Part shown: positions 19,241 to 29,960 of the stretch, in pieces | Layout: the number at the start of each line of letters is the position of its first letter | Numbering within the stretch: the first letter of the stretch is position 1 | From: Polyangiaceae bacterium | GTDB taxonomy: Bacteria > Myxococcota_A > Polyangia > Polyangiales > Polyangiaceae | Assembly (NCBI GenBank): GCA_965222375.1 | Contig: CBDCTZ010000005.1 | Coordinates: 574,821 to 638,820 of the forward strand | Direction of reading: 5' to 3' | DNA length: 64,000 nt | The notes under the pieces: model-generated | Database searches by the model: none | What the model was told of the DNA's origin: nothing | Seen by the model: the letters and a program-made list of their open reading frames with translations, nothing else | Position numbers and translations under genes: made by a program

Positions 19241-22200
19241 TTCGCAGAGCGGGCGGAGGTCGGACTGGGGCTGGGGCGCTCGGCGGAGACCGCCGGTTTC
19301 TGCAGGCGGTGCACACCCAGCTGCGCGGCGCCAAAGGCCTCGCTTGCCGCCCGTACCACGTGCTCGTGATGTGTGAAGAGGAAGACTTGTCCGCGAGCCG
19401 CGACCTGCACCAGCGCGCGCAGCGCGGCACGACCGCGGTCATCGTCAAAACTCGCAAGCACGTCGTCGAGCACGAGAGGCAGGCACGCCCCTTCGTTCAG
19501 GTGGCGCTCGTAACTGGACAGTCGCAACGCCAAGTACAACTGATCCGCCGTGCCCTCGGAAAGCTCCCCCACGGCCAAGGTCGTCTGGTCCTCGCGAACG
19601 GCCCGAAGCGCGAAACGGTCGTCTTCACCGAGCTCGGACCGCACGCCCGCATAGCGCCCCTCCGTGAGTTCGGAGAACAGCTCGGCCGCGCGAGTGAGCA
19701 GGGTGCCTTGATTCGCCTCGCGATAACGCTCGATCTCCCGCGACAGCACCACGATGGCTAGCTTCAGCCTCACCCAACGCTCAGCAAGCTCACGAATCTC
19801 ACTGGCCACTGCGCAGGCAGAGTCCGCTGCAAGCACACCAGCGTCGGTTGCGAGATCCTCCAGGCCCTTCGTGAGCGCAGAAATGTCTACGGCCAGATTT
19901 TGGCGTTGTTCGTCTAGCGGTTCGAGTTCGTCGTCGATTTCGGATAGCTGATGGCGGACGCTAGCCAGGTCGAGCCCCGCGGTTTCCGATTCCAGACGAT
20001 CGAGGGCAACGCCTTCACCAGACTGAGACAGCGCAGACTCCAAACGCTGAAGCTCAGCTACGGCGGCCGCGCGCTCGAGGACCCGCTCCTCGGCTTCAAT
20101 CAACTCCTCGCGAGTGCTCGCGCCCACCTGTTGCATGAGGCTTTCGAGCTGCCCTTGGGAGTCTCCTTGCCGAACCACCGCCGCATGGAGGGCCGCCCGA
20201 CTCTCTTCCAGGTCACGGTGAAACGCTTGTCGCTGCTCGTCGCGACTGCGCGCTTCGCGTGCGCTCGCGATGATGAGTTCCGCGAGCTCCACTGGATGCA
20301 GTGACTGGGCGTCTTGCCCGACGACGGATGCGAGCCGCGTGACCGTCCCTCGCAACTCTTCACTGTCACGCTGGATCCCGCCTATTCGGCGCTCCAGATT
20401 CTCGCGTTCCCGCTCGAGAGCGCCAAGCTCCTGGGCGTCTCGGAGCACGGATATCACCAACTCCGGCGCCGGAGCGTCGCCGAGCCCCAGATCCGCGGTC
20501 GCTTGCTTCCACTCCTCGGACCAGGACCGCTCCTTCTTTCGGGCGCGAGCCAGGCGACGCTCTGCGGCGACCTTCTGCGCACGTGCCGCATCGCGTTTGG
20601 CCACCGCGTCCGCCAGCGCCGACTGATGCTCGCGAGCTGCTGCCACGCGTTCGAGGGCCCGATCGATCCCCTGAGCGAGCTCCATGCCGGTCAGGTCTTC
20701 GCCCAAACACTCGCTCAGCGCCGCCAACTCTGAAACGCGAGCCTCTTGCAAACTGTCGCGGTCAGCGCGCATTGCGTGTAGTTCAGCTGCGTCGTCCCGC
20801 GCAGCCTGTGCGCGTGCGAGCCAGTCCCCAGCCAACTTGATGCTGTCGGGAACAAAGCCAACGGATGCAAAGCAGTCCGCCAGCCGCTGGCCAAGCGCGC
20901 GGCGCGCTTCCTGCAGCTCTCCAGCCTCGGTCGCAAGCCGGCCCAAGTGACGCTCATGTTTGCGGATCTGGGCTTCGTGTTGCGCGCAGCGCTGCACCCG
21001 CTCGGCCTCGCGTCGCAGGCGATCCGAAACGGCGTCCGCCGCCGTCACGCATACTTCATACGCCTCTATGTCGTCCGCGCTTCGCGCCTCGGACCCGAGC
21101 AGCGCTGGTCGGAGCGACTCGAAGGCTTCGTCGCGCCGTTTGCGATTCTCCGCTAGCTCAGCCTCGCTGGGCACGCCCTGGCCTTGGACCAGTGCCTGCA
21201 GACCTGCCTCAGCCTCGTCGCGCCCCTCACGCTGATCGCGCTCCTTGTCAGTGAGCCGTGCCCGGGCCTCGGCCAGCTTGGCCTCTGATTCTGATAGCTC
21301 TTCCAGGCGAGCAGACTTAGGGAGCGTGAGCGCCTGGAGCTCGTCCGCGCTGCCTTGCCACGGCGCCAGCTCCCTCAGCAAACGCCCTAGCCGCCCTTCT
21401 TTCGTGCGGATCTCTGCCTCGACCCCGACGACTCGCTCGTCCAGGTCGCCGCGACGGCGGGTGCGATCAAGGCGACGCTCGACATTGCTGCAGTCGGGCG
21501 GGTTGCCCAGCGCCGAAAGGGCTTCCTGGGCCTGCGCCGTCCTCTCGGTAGCCTCCTCGAAGTCGAGCTGTATCTCCTCCGCGCTGGGCGGACGCGCCGT
21601 CGCAAGTTTGTTCACGAGCTGACTCTGCTGCGGCGAGAGAGAGAGACGCTCGGCCTCGGTCACCGAGCCGAGCCCAAGTCGGCTCAGAGCTGCCTGAACC
21701 TCTCGGCTCTTTCCAGCCAGCGCCTCGCGACGCTTGGGCAAATCGAGTAGCGCCTTGCGCTCTCGGCCCACAAGCTGCTCCAGAGAGGCAAGCTCCGTTG
21801 GCGCAACCCCCAGCACGACCTCCGCAGGTCCCAGCTCCTCCAACCGCTTCTCGAGGCGCTCGATGGCCTGGCTGCGAGTCCGCACCTCGCTTTCAGCGTC
21901 CCTCAGCTCACCCTCCAGCTGCTCCCGGCGCGCGCGCAGATCCGGAGCAACACTTTCGTAGCTCCGCAGCACATCAAGGCGCTGGAGGCACTGGGCTCTC
22001 CGCCGCAGATCCGGCAACACCGCCAGCGCACGATTGAGCCGCATCCGCTGGCCCCGAAGCTCGCGGAGACGATCGTCTTGCAGCCGCTTTTCCTGCTTCT
22101 TGGCCACGAGCTGCTGCTCTTGCTTGGCATAGGTCGCAGGATCCGTCACCCGCAGCTTGAGAGCCTTCTTCACTTCCCCGTGTTTGGCGAGAGCCGCGTT

Positions 22201-22746
22201 GAGCGCTGGGTTCTTGGCGCGCCCGGGCTTGAACAACTCGTCCGCTTCTGCTCGCAGCTTGGCGAGTGCGCGCTCGACGGAGGGCCCGCCGCTGCTGGCG
22301 TCGAACAGCACCTGGCCTACCTCGCCACTGCCCTCGACCAGGCTCCTTCCACCTTGGCGCAACCGGGGCCCATCCAAGGCAAAGGCGGATTCAAAGCTGG
22401 CTTGGCTCACGCCGCCCAGAACCGCCAGCATTCGCGCCTCGGGAAAGACCTCGCCACCTGCGAGAGACAAGGTGTTCTTGCTCCCTTTCCGGCGTTGCAG
22501 TTCGAGCACGCCAAAGTCCGTCTCGACGCAAGCGCTCAGCAGTAGCTTTGAGTAACTGTGCAGGTGCGCGTCCGACGTGCGCGTCTCGATGCCGTAGAGC
22601 AGTGCCGTAAGCGCGCGCAGGGCAGTGCTCTTGCCCGCCTCGTTGGGGCCGTAGATGATGTGCAGCGCGTTGGGTGAGGCTCGAAAATCCAAGACCGTAT
22701 CCGTGAACGGTCCGTAGCGGGTCAGGCCAAGCTCCAACACACGCAT
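19237..22746 (-). CDS. yhaN: YhaN-family SMC-like AAA ATPase
   Basis: YGPNEAGKST Walker A, long coiled coil, LSEGTADQLYLALRL signature, LVLDD Walker B, FTHH. Confidence 0.88.
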   Translation of the reverse strand: MRVLELGLTRYGPFTDTVLDFRASPNALHIIYGPNEAGKSTALRALTALLYGIETRTSDAHLHSYSKLLLSACVETDFGVLELQRRKGSKNTLSLAGGEVFPEARMLAVLGGVSQASFESAFALDGPRLRQGGRSLVEGSGEVGQVLFDASSGGPSVERALAKLRAEADELFKPGRAKNPALNAALAKHGEVKKALKLRVTDPATYAKQEQQLVAKKQEKRLQDDRLRELRGQRMRLNRALAVLPDLRRRAQCLQRLDVLRSYESVAPDLRARREQLEGELRDAESEVRTRSQAIERLEKRLEELGPAEVVLGVAPTELASLEQLVGRERKALLDLPKRREALAGKSREVQAALSRLGLGSVTEAERLSLSPQQSQLVNKLATARPPSAEEIQLDFEEATERTAQAQEALSALGNPPDCSNVERRLDRTRRRGDLDERVVGVEAEIRTKEGRLGRLLRELAPWQGSADELQALTLPKSARLEELSESEAKLAEARARLTDKERDQREGRDEAEAGLQALVQGQGVPSEAELAENRKRRDEAFESLRPALLGSEARSADDIEAYEVCVTAADAVSDRLRREAERVQRCAQHEAQIRKHERHLGRLATEAGELQEARRALGQRLADCFASVGFVPDSIKLAGDWLARAQAARDDAAELHAMRADRDSLQEARVSELAALSECLGEDLTGMELAQGIDRALERVAAAREHQSALADAVAKRDAARAQKVAAERRLARARKKERSWSEEWKQATADLGLGDAPAPELVISVLRDAQELGALERERENLERRIGGIQRDSEELRGTVTRLASVVGQDAQSLHPVELAELIIASAREARSRDEQRQAFHRDLEESRAALHAAVVRQGDSQGQLESLMQQVGASTREELIEAEERVLERAAAVAELQRLESALSQSGEGVALDRLESETAGLDLASVRHQLSEIDDELEPLDEQRQNLAVDISALTKGLEDLATDAGVLAADSACAVASEIRELAERWVRLKLAIVVLSREIERYREANQGTLLTRAAELFSELTEGRYAGVRSELGEDDRFALRAVREDQTTLAVGELSEGTADQLYLALRLSSYERHLNEGACLPLVLDDVLASFDDDRGRAALRALVQVAARGQVFLFTHHEHVVRAASEAFGAAQLGVHRLQKPAVSAERPSPSPTSARSAN

Positions 22747-23996
22747 TAGCCTTGCCTCTCGAGTAAACGTGACAGGAGTAGGTGTTTTGCCTCTGCCAAA
22801 GAGTGGCGAAGGGCGTCCGGGTCGTCGAGGCGCAGAGCGTCGGGCCCACGCTTGAGCTCCGCCGGCAGCTTCTGCCTCAGCTCGGCCAACTCGAGCGCAA
22901 GCTCGGCAAGAGCGTCCCGGTCCCCGGCGAGCCCATCGATGCTACGTGCCACCTCGCCGATCACGTCGTCTCGATCCGCGGCGGCGTCGATGTCGACGGG
23001 CTGCTGGGTATGCACCCGCACTTTCTCGATCCAAAGTTCGTCCAAGCCCTGCCCGATCTGCCGAACCTCAGCGACAAGATGTTCGACGTCCCTCGACAAT
23101 TCCGCGTGCGCCTCGGAACGCCCGACCAGCGTGACTCGGGCCGCTAACAAGCGTCCCTCTGCATCGCGCCGAGCCAGAGTCAGCGCGCGTTCCACAGCTT
23201 CGAGCGCGTCGTCGAGGTTGGCCGCGGTCGCGACGTCTACCTCAACGTTAGCCCAGCGCACCACGTCGAAGGCCAGAGGCTCCGCTTGGACGATGCGGCC
23301 ATCTCGCACCGTGATCAAGGTGGCCCCCTTCGCTCCTGACTCTTTCGCGTGGCGCCCCTGAAGATTGCCCGGAAAGACAATCAGGGGCTCCTCCCGCACG
23401 ATTTCCCGTTGGTGCACATGCCCCAGCGCCCAGTAGTCGTAGCCCCGGTCAACCAAGCGCTCGACGCTGCAAGGGGCGTAGGGCTCGTGGCCGGGACGCC
23501 CGGTCAAGGAGGTGTGCAGCAATCCAAAGTTGAGCACTCCGGAATCGGCATCAGGGTAGCCTGCTGCAAGGTCGTCGGAAACTGCGGGCCGCGCGAAACC
23601 CTGGCCATGCACCGCTACGCCAAGCTCCTCGAAACGTAAGGTCTGGGGCTTCTTGTAGCTGAGCTCCGTGACGTTTTCCGGCGTTCGCAATTCACGGGTG
23701 ATCTTGCTTTGCGCGTCGTGGTTGCCACGGATGAACACGACCTGACAGCCGACCTCGCGCAGACGAGCTAACTGCCCGGTCAGAAACAACCCCGTCGAGT
23801 AGTCCCGCCAGTCACCATCGTAGAGATCTCCAGCGAGCAGAAAGAGCTTCACGTCGAACTCGAGGCAACGTTCCACAAGCGCCTCGAAGGCGCGCCGAGT
23901 TGCCAACCGCATGCGCTCCACGGGAGCTCCTTCGTATCTGGAGAGCCCCAGCAGGGGGCTGTCCAGATGCAAGTCCGCGGCGTGCAGGATCAGCAT
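22746..23996 (-). CDS. yhaO: YhaO/SbcD-like DNA repair exonuclease
   Basis: HAADLHLDSP, AGDLYD, GNHD, YWALGHVH, PGNLQGRH; its stop overlaps the yhaN start. Confidence 0.9.
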   Translation of the reverse strand: MLILHAADLHLDSPLLGLSRYEGAPVERMRLATRRAFEALVERCLEFDVKLFLLAGDLYDGDWRDYSTGLFLTGQLARLREVGCQVVFIRGNHDAQSKITRELRTPENVTELSYKKPQTLRFEELGVAVHGQGFARPAVSDDLAAGYPDADSGVLNFGLLHTSLTGRPGHEPYAPCSVERLVDRGYDYWALGHVHQREIVREEPLIVFPGNLQGRHAKESGAKGATLITVRDGRIVQAEPLAFDVVRWANVEVDVATAANLDDALEAVERALTLARRDAEGRLLAARVTLVGRSEAHAELSRDVEHLVAEVRQIGQGLDELWIEKVRVHTQQPVDIDAAADRDDVIGEVARSIDGLAGDRDALAELALELAELRQKLPAELKRGPDALRLDDPDALRHSLAEAKHLLLSRLLERQG

Positions 23997-24148
23997 CGCC
24001 CCGGTTTTATCATGCAGGGCGCGAAGAGCAGGCCGGTGCTCGGACATTGCCTGACCCGATATCCGTTTTTTGGCCCCTAGCCGCGGGTTGGCAGCGGCAT
24101 GGTCCGTAATCCTTGAGATCCCGGGCACTTCTCCGCTATCTGGATCGG

Positions 24149-25507
24149 GTGACTCAACCACACGTGTTAGCAATTGCCGTCGGGGGCGGGCCGGCACCAG
24201 GTATCAACAGCGTCATCGGCGCAGCCACGATCCGCGCTCGACTTGCCGGCGTCCAGGTGCTGGGAATTCGAGACGGTTTCCAATGGATCATGCGCGGAGA
24301 CATTGGCCATGTGACACCCCTCACGATTGAGGGTGTGAGCCGAATTCACTTTCGGGGCGGGTCGATCATTGGCATCTCACGCGCTAACCCGACCAAGGAT
24401 GAGCAGCATTTGGAGAACACGGTCATCTCCCTGCTACGGCTAAACGTCGACAAGCTGATTACGATCGGTGGCGATGACACTGCATTCACGGCAATGCGAT
24501 TGAGCCAGCAGGCCAGCGGTCGAATCCGCGTGGTTCACGTTCCCAAGACCATCGACAACGATCTCGACTTGCCAGACGGCATTTCCACTTTCGGATTCCA
24601 AACCGCCCGACATGTGGGCGTGAGCATCGTCAAAGACCTTCAGGTGGATGCCTTCACCACGAGCCGCTGGTACTTCATCATCACCATGGGCCGCAAGGCA
24701 GGTCACCTCGCCTTGGGCATTGGCAAGGCGGCTGGCGCCACGCTCACGTTGATCCCGGAAGAATTCCGCAACGGCAAACTGACGCTGGACCGCATTGTGG
24801 ACATTCTCGCGGGGGCGATCATCAAACGCATGTCTTATGGGCGTAGCGACGGAACTGCGGTGTTGGCAGAAGGACTCGTGGAGCACCTTCGCCCCGATGA
24901 CCTGGCGGACCTCGCCAACACCGAGCGCGACGCCCACAACAACTTGCGCATCGCCGAAATCAACTTTGGGGAAATACTCAAGTCCCGAGTGCAGGCGCGC
25001 CTCAGGGAGCTCGGGTTGAAAACCACCATCGTGGCCAAGAACATCGGCTACGAGCTGCGCTGCACGGATCCGATCCCTTTCGACATGGAATACACGCGAG
25101 ACCTCGGCTATTGCGCGGCCAAATACCTGTTGGAGGGAGGAAACGGTGCGCTGATGACAATTCAGCAGCGCAAGTTCGTCCCAATACAACTCGCCGATAT
25201 GCTCGACCGCGAAACCGGGCGGACCCGTGTACGCATGGTCAACACGGAAACTGAGCATTACCACATCGCTCGGCGCTTCATGCTGCGCTTGCGTCACGAT
25301 GACTTTCGGGATCCGCACGAACTGGCAAAGTTCGCAGCCACCGCGGGCCTCAGTTTGGAAGAGTTCCGCCGTCAATTCGAATACCTCGTCGATGACGAGC
25401 CAGGCTCTCTCGTGCTGATGCACGAGCCACCGGATTCGATGCTCCGGCAGGAAGCCAGATCCGAAGCGCCAGCGTCGCGTCAGCCGGATGACGCTCCGTC
25501 GGATTGA
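24149..25507 (+). CDS. pfp: 6-phosphofructokinase, probably pyrophosphate-dependent
   Basis: GGGPAPG.N, TIGGDDT (Asp at the specificity position), PKTIDND, MGR.AG, IGYELRC. Confidence 0.85.
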   Translation: MTQPHVLAIAVGGGPAPGINSVIGAATIRARLAGVQVLGIRDGFQWIMRGDIGHVTPLTIEGVSRIHFRGGSIIGISRANPTKDEQHLENTVISLLRLNVDKLITIGGDDTAFTAMRLSQQASGRIRVVHVPKTIDNDLDLPDGISTFGFQTARHVGVSIVKDLQVDAFTTSRWYFIITMGRKAGHLALGIGKAAGATLTLIPEEFRNGKLTLDRIVDILAGAIIKRMSYGRSDGTAVLAEGLVEHLRPDDLADLANTERDAHNNLRIAEINFGEILKSRVQARLRELGLKTTIVAKNIGYELRCTDPIPFDMEYTRDLGYCAAKYLLEGGNGALMTIQQRKFVPIQLADMLDRETGRTRVRMVNTETEHYHIARRFMLRLRHDDFRDPHELAKFAATAGLSLEEFRRQFEYLVDDEPGSLVLMHEPPDSMLRQEARSEAPASRQPDDAPSD

Positions 25508-25616
25508 GGGGTGTCGCCCTCACCCTTGATGCCAATTTGACGCACGGGTTGCCTGATACCTATCCCGTTTTCCGACGATTCCGGGTTGGAATGGATGTTG
25601 AATCCCTCCTGAATCC

Positions 25617-26519
25617 GTGCGCGCCCTGGTGCTAGTGACGACTGCGATTGCCGGGATCGGGATTGCCCCCGCCTGGCTGTCCAGCTCGTCTTCGGTCCTG
25701 CCAAGCGCGGCATGGCACGGGGCAGCGGAACCCAAGGCCGCTAGCCTATTCGCTGCCGCGCCGGCTCAGCCGAAGGCGGCACCCGCGGACGACACCGCAG
25801 CAGCGTCGGACCCGGCGCCGACCCTCGGGCGCACCCTCGACGTGCTGCCCGCCCCGCCGGCGGAATCCGCCTGCCCAAATGGCATGGTGCTGGTGGAAGG
25901 CGAGTACTGCCCTGAAGTGAAACACCATTGCAAGCGTTGGATGGATCCAAAGGGTCCCTACCATCACTTTCGTTGTGCTGAATATGAACAGCCGGCTCGC
26001 TGCAAGTCAGCGCGAGTGAAAATGCGCTTCTGCATCGATCGCGACGAATACACGGCTGCGGGAAGCTCCTTGCCAGCGAACAACCAGAGCCTCACGGATG
26101 CAGCTCGTACCTGCGCAGCCGAGGGCAAGCGAGTATGCCGCGAAAGTGAATGGAACTTTGCCTGCGAAGGCGAAGAGATGCGTCCTTATCCCTACGGCTT
26201 CTCGCGGGACGCTTCCGCGTGCAACGCAGATCACACGGATCTCGTGGACAAAGAGGGCAAGTTAAAGGACCGACGCGCGCCTTCCAACGCCTACCCGCGT
26301 TGTGAAAGCCCGTTTGGGGTGCGAAACCTCAGCGGCAACTTGGAAGAGATGGTTGCACGAGACGGGCCTGGACCGATGCGCCCTGCCATGAAGGGGGCGT
26401 ACTGGCAACCCAGTCGTAACCACTGTCGTGCTGCACAGACCGCGCACGACCAGTACTACCACGGGACCGAAACCGGGTTTCGCTGCTGCGCTGATGCGCC
26501 CGAGACGCGCGTCGAGTAG
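25617..26519 (+). CDS. SUMF1/EgtB/PvdO (FGE-sulfatase fold) exported protein
   Basis: [24 protein letters not shown]...YPYG, SPFGV.NL.GN.EE, GFRCC. Confidence 0.82.
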   Translation: MRALVLVTTAIAGIGIAPAWLSSSSSVLPSAAWHGAAEPKAASLFAAAPAQPKAAPADDTAAASDPAPTLGRTLDVLPAPPAESACPNGMVLVEGEYCPEVKHHCKRWMDPKGPYHHFRCAEYEQPARCKSARVKMRFCIDRDEYTAAGSSLPANNQSLTDAARTCAAEGKRVCRESEWNFACEGEEMRPYPYGFSRDASACNADHTDLVDKEGKLKDRRAPSNAYPRCESPFGVRNLSGNLEEMVARDGPGPMRPAMKGAYWQPSRNHCRAAQTAHDQYYHGTETGFRCCADAPETRVE

Positions 26520-26528
26520 ATTGGGTGC

Positions 26529-27152
26529 TCAGCCCGGGCAGCTGACGCCGGTACCACCGAGCCCACAGTAGCCGCGTGGGTTCTTGTGCAAGTACTGCTG
26601 ATGGTAGTCCTCGGCGTAGTAGAACTGAGGCGCCTCTTGGATTTCGGTCGTGATGTCTCCGTGGCCTGCCACAGTCAGCTCTTGTTGATAGCGCTGCGCT
26701 GACCGCTTCGCTTGCTCAAGCTGCGCGTCGTCGTAGCAGTAGACGGCCGAGCGATACTGCGTCCCCCGGTCGTTGCCTTGCCGCATGCCCTGAGTCGGAT
26801 CGTGGCTCTCCCAAAACACTCGCAGGAGTTGCTCGTAGCTGGTGACCGTCGGATCGAAGACGACTCGCACGATTTCCGTGTGACCGGTCCGCCCCGAGCA
26901 GACTTCCTCGTAGGTCGGGTTCTTGGTGTAGCCGCCGGCGTAACCGACCTGGGTGGAAATGACCCCGGATTGCTGCCAGAACTTGCGCTCGGCGCCCCAA
27001 AAACAGCCCAGGGCAAACAGCGCTAGAGACATCCCCGGCCAGGGCGGCTGGGTACTCTCGCCGGTCACGGCGTGGCGCTCGCTAACGCGGAGCGGCGTGG
27101 AGCGACCGGGTAGTGCGCTTGCGGGGGTCGGCAGTTCCATCGAGTGCAGCAT
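26529..27152 (-). CDS. msrA: Peptide-methionine (S)-S-oxide reductase
   Basis: [51 protein letters not shown] before ATG 27152. Confidence 0.96.
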   Translation of the reverse strand: MLHSMELPTPASALPGRSTPLRVSERHAVTGESTQPPWPGMSLALFALGCFWGAERKFWQQSGVISTQVGYAGGYTKNPTYEEVCSGRTGHTEIVRVVFDPTVTSYEQLLRVFWESHDPTQGMRQGNDRGTQYRSAVYCYDDAQLEQAKRSAQRYQQELTVAGHGDITTEIQEAPQFYYAEDYHQQYLHKNPRGYCGLGGTGVSCPG

Positions 27153-27248
27153 GGTTTCCTTCAGCTCGTTTTTTGTAGCGACCCGGTCCCAGTCCCGCAA
27201 GGTCAATCCGTCCAGATCTCCCACGCCAAACGTGCGAGAGTCCGGGAG

Positions 27249-28376
27249 ATGGCGCGCATCTATCTGGACTACAACGCCACGACCCCGGTGCTCCCAGAGG
27301 TGCTGGAAGCCATGCTGCCATTTCTGGCCGAGGAGTTTGGCAACCCGTCCAGCTCTCACACCGAAGGGCAGCGCGCGCGCCGTGCCGTCGAAAACGCCCG
27401 AGAGCAGGTCGCGGCCCTGGTCGGCATGCACGCCGACGAAGTGACATTCACGTCCGGCGGTACTGAATCCACCCACCTTGCGCTGTGGGGACTGACCAAA
27501 GCGGATCCGAAGCGGCGCCACATAGTAACAACCCGCGTCGAGCACCCAGCAACCCTGGGGCCATGTCGCCAACTCGCGGGTGCCGGCTTCCAACTCTCGG
27601 AGGTGCAGGTTCAGCCCGATGGTCGCGTTTCTGCCGAAGACATCGGAGCAGCGGTCAGTACCGAGACTCTGGTCGCGAGCGTGATGCACGCCAACAACGA
27701 AACCGGCGCAATCATGCCTTTGCGCACGATCGCGGATCACGTCAGGAGCATGGGCTGCCTGTTGCACTGCGACGCAGCGCAATCAGCTGGCAAGATCCCT
27801 GTGCGCGATTTGGGCGCAGACTTGATCACCATCGCGGGGCACAAGCTATATGCGCCGAAGGGCGTGGGCGCGCTCATCCTGCGCCGCGGGATCAAACTCG
27901 AGCCGGTTTTCGTCGGCGGTGGCCAGGAGCGGGCACTTCGGCCGGGCACGGAAAACGTTGCCGGCATCGTTGGGCTGGGTGCTGCAGCCGAGTTGGCGCT
28001 CCAGCGGCTGAACACGCGCATGGAGCGGCTGAAGAAGCTGGCCGACGGTCTACTCTGGCGGCTGCGAGCGGAAATCCCCGGCGTCATCCTCAACGGGCCG
28101 GAAGTCGAACGCTTGCCTAACACCCTCAACGTCTCTTTCCCCGGCGTGCGGGGCAGTGCGCTGCTCGAACGCGCGAGTGAGCTCTCCGCGTCGACGGGAT
28201 CCGCTTGCCACGCGGATGTGGAGTCCCCTTCCTCCGTCCTGAACGCGATGGGGCTGTCACCGGAGCGGGCGCTTTCAGCCGTGCGGCTATCCGTCGGTAC
28301 CCCCACGAAAGAAGCGGATATTGAAGCCGCGTGCAGCGCGCTCACCGAGGCACATCGTGGACTGACGGCAAACTGA
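27249..28376 (+). CDS. Cysteine desulfurase (IscS/NifS family)
   Basis: [48 protein letters not shown]. Confidence 0.92.
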   Translation: MARIYLDYNATTPVLPEVLEAMLPFLAEEFGNPSSSHTEGQRARRAVENAREQVAALVGMHADEVTFTSGGTESTHLALWGLTKADPKRRHIVTTRVEHPATLGPCRQLAGAGFQLSEVQVQPDGRVSAEDIGAAVSTETLVASVMHANNETGAIMPLRTIADHVRSMGCLLHCDAAQSAGKIPVRDLGADLITIAGHKLYAPKGVGALILRRGIKLEPVFVGGGQERALRPGTENVAGIVGLGAAAELALQRLNTRMERLKKLADGLLWRLRAEIPGVILNGPEVERLPNTLNVSFPGVRGSALLERASELSASTGSACHADVESPSSVLNAMGLSPERALSAVRLSVGTPTKEADIEAACSALTEAHRGLTAN

Positions 28377-28544
28377 CGCCGAAATGTGGTGTTTTGACCA
28401 CAGGGTGTGCGACGCGCGGATCATGGTTCGGCGTCGCGGATCTCCGCGAGCTAGCGCGCAAACGCTTTGGCCCACGCTTTGCTGTTCTGTGCAGTGCGCA
28501 ATCGCGCATGCTTTCTTAGACGCTTACTTCTCTTGGAGGTCTGG

Positions 28545-29048
28545 ATGCGGAGCTCAATACCAAGCTCGACGCTAGTGGCTTGCCTCGCGCTCGCCCTGGC
28601 GGCGTGTGGCAGCAGCACGGAGTATGACGGAACGGGCGCGCCAGCGGGCGCTGCGGGTAGTAGCGGCACTGCTGGTAGTAGCGGCGCTGCAGGCGCCGCG
28701 GGAGCGTCGTCCACAGGAGGCAGCGGCGCAGGCGGCAGCTCGAGCAGTGCCGGCGGCAACACGAGCGGAAGTGCTGGCAGCCCGAGCGGCGTCGGCGGTA
28801 GCTCGAGCAGTGCCGGCGGCAGCTCGAGCGGAAGTGCCGGCAGCCCGAGCGGTGCCGGCGGCAGTGGCGGCAGCCCGAGCGGTGCCGGCGGCAGTGGCGG
28901 CAGCCTGAGCGGACTGTGCGCTCCCGGCGCCGCGTGTGGCGGCATCAACCACTGCTGGGAAGATTGCTTCAGCAAGGACTGCTGCAAGCTCGTGTGTTGG
29001 TGCGAAAAGGACAGCACGCTGGAGTGCAATTTGGACTGCACCAAATAG
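28545..29048 (+). CDS. Gly/Ser-rich lipoprotein with Cys-rich C-terminal domain
   Basis: GGAGG RBS, lipobox LAAC, low-complexity linker, Cys-rich tail. Confidence 0.65.
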   Translation: MRSSIPSSTLVACLALALAACGSSTEYDGTGAPAGAAGSSGTAGSSGAAGAAGASSTGGSGAGGSSSSAGGNTSGSAGSPSGVGGSSSSAGGSSSGSAGSPSGAGGSGGSPSGAGGSGGSLSGLCAPGAACGGINHCWEDCFSKDCCKLVCWCEKDSTLECNLDCTK

Positions 29049-29124
29049 CGCTCAGTTGCTGCACATTCCCCGAATTATCGGGCAACGCCTCCCCGGATCG
29101 TCGAAGGCGCGCTAGGATGAGCGG

Positions 29125-29883
29125 ATGCAACGGAGCCCAATCGCAGCCGTCATTGTGACGCTGGCGGCGTCCTCGGCCTGCGCCACGGGCGAGGAAATCG
29201 ACGATCTCGGCGGTGCTGGCTTCGCGGGTTACGCCGGATTTGGCGGCACGGCCGGATCCAGTGCCGGAGGCAGCGGCGGGATCAGCAGCGGCGGCTTCGG
29301 CGCGCTGCCCACGGGCGGTACGGCCGGAATGGCTGGCGCCGCCACGGGCGGAGTGGGCGGCAGCGGCGGCGGCGTGGGAGGAAGTGGCGCCACTGCCAGT
29401 GGCGGCTCTAGCGGGACTAGTGGCACCGGCGGCCTAGGCGGCACGGGCGGCAGCAGCGGCTGCGGCGCGCCGAACACCTGCAGTACGGCTACGCCCAAGG
29501 GATCCGTCACGGGGGACGATGGCACCAAGACCGTCACCGTCACCGGCATGGGGTCCCTATTCGTGAAGCTGCGCGTCACGGAAGACAACCACAGCGTGCT
29601 CGGAGAAGACCTGGAGCTAGCCGTCGCGCTGACCGTACCGAGCGGGGCCGATCTCGACGTTTACGGCTATGTCAACGAGTCTGCGGACATCTCGCCCTGC
29701 GGCATGCAACCCCGCGGCAAGAGCGACTCCGGCGGTACCAGCGCCAACGAGAGCTTCAAGCTCAAGTGGGGGGAAGGCACCATCGCCAACGGCAGCAGCG
29801 AAAGCCGGGATGTGGTCGTCGAGGTGCGGCAAAAGTCCGGTACTTGTTCGCAATGGACCCTGAAGCTGACCGGCGATCCCTAA
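29125..29883 (+). CDS. Gly-rich lipoprotein with C-terminal beta-sandwich (PPC-like) domain
   Basis: Lipobox SSAC, Gly-rich linker, DLDVY motif. Confidence 0.6.
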   Translation: MQRSPIAAVIVTLAASSACATGEEIDDLGGAGFAGYAGFGGTAGSSAGGSGGISSGGFGALPTGGTAGMAGAATGGVGGSGGGVGGSGATASGGSSGTSGTGGLGGTGGSSGCGAPNTCSTATPKGSVTGDDGTKTVTVTGMGSLFVKLRVTEDNHSVLGEDLELAVALTVPSGADLDVYGYVNESADISPCGMQPRGKSDSGGTSANESFKLKWGEGTIANGSSESRDVVVEVRQKSGTCSQWTLKLTGDP

Positions 29884-29960
29884 TCCGCCACGTCTGCTAG
29901 CGGGCGGCCGCAACCTACCGGGCCGAATGCGGCAAAACGCGTGATACATGGTTGGTCGAC

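Noticed and set aside
24440..25423. Long antisense ORFs (also 10912-12030, 31344-32369, 36767-37762, 43960-44916)
   Set aside because: These are shadow frames of well-supported genes in high-GC DNA, with no recognisable motifs.
26529..27782. 417-aa extended MsrA and 410-aa extended desulfurase overlapping head-to-head
   Set aside because: The RBS-supported starts at 27152 (-) and 27249 (+) give ordinary divergent genes.
28660..28910. GGC/AGC-rich tandem repeats (similar tracts near 7240-7310, 15970-16100 and 29230-29460)
   Set aside because: These are in-frame Gly/Ser/Ala linkers of lipoproteins.
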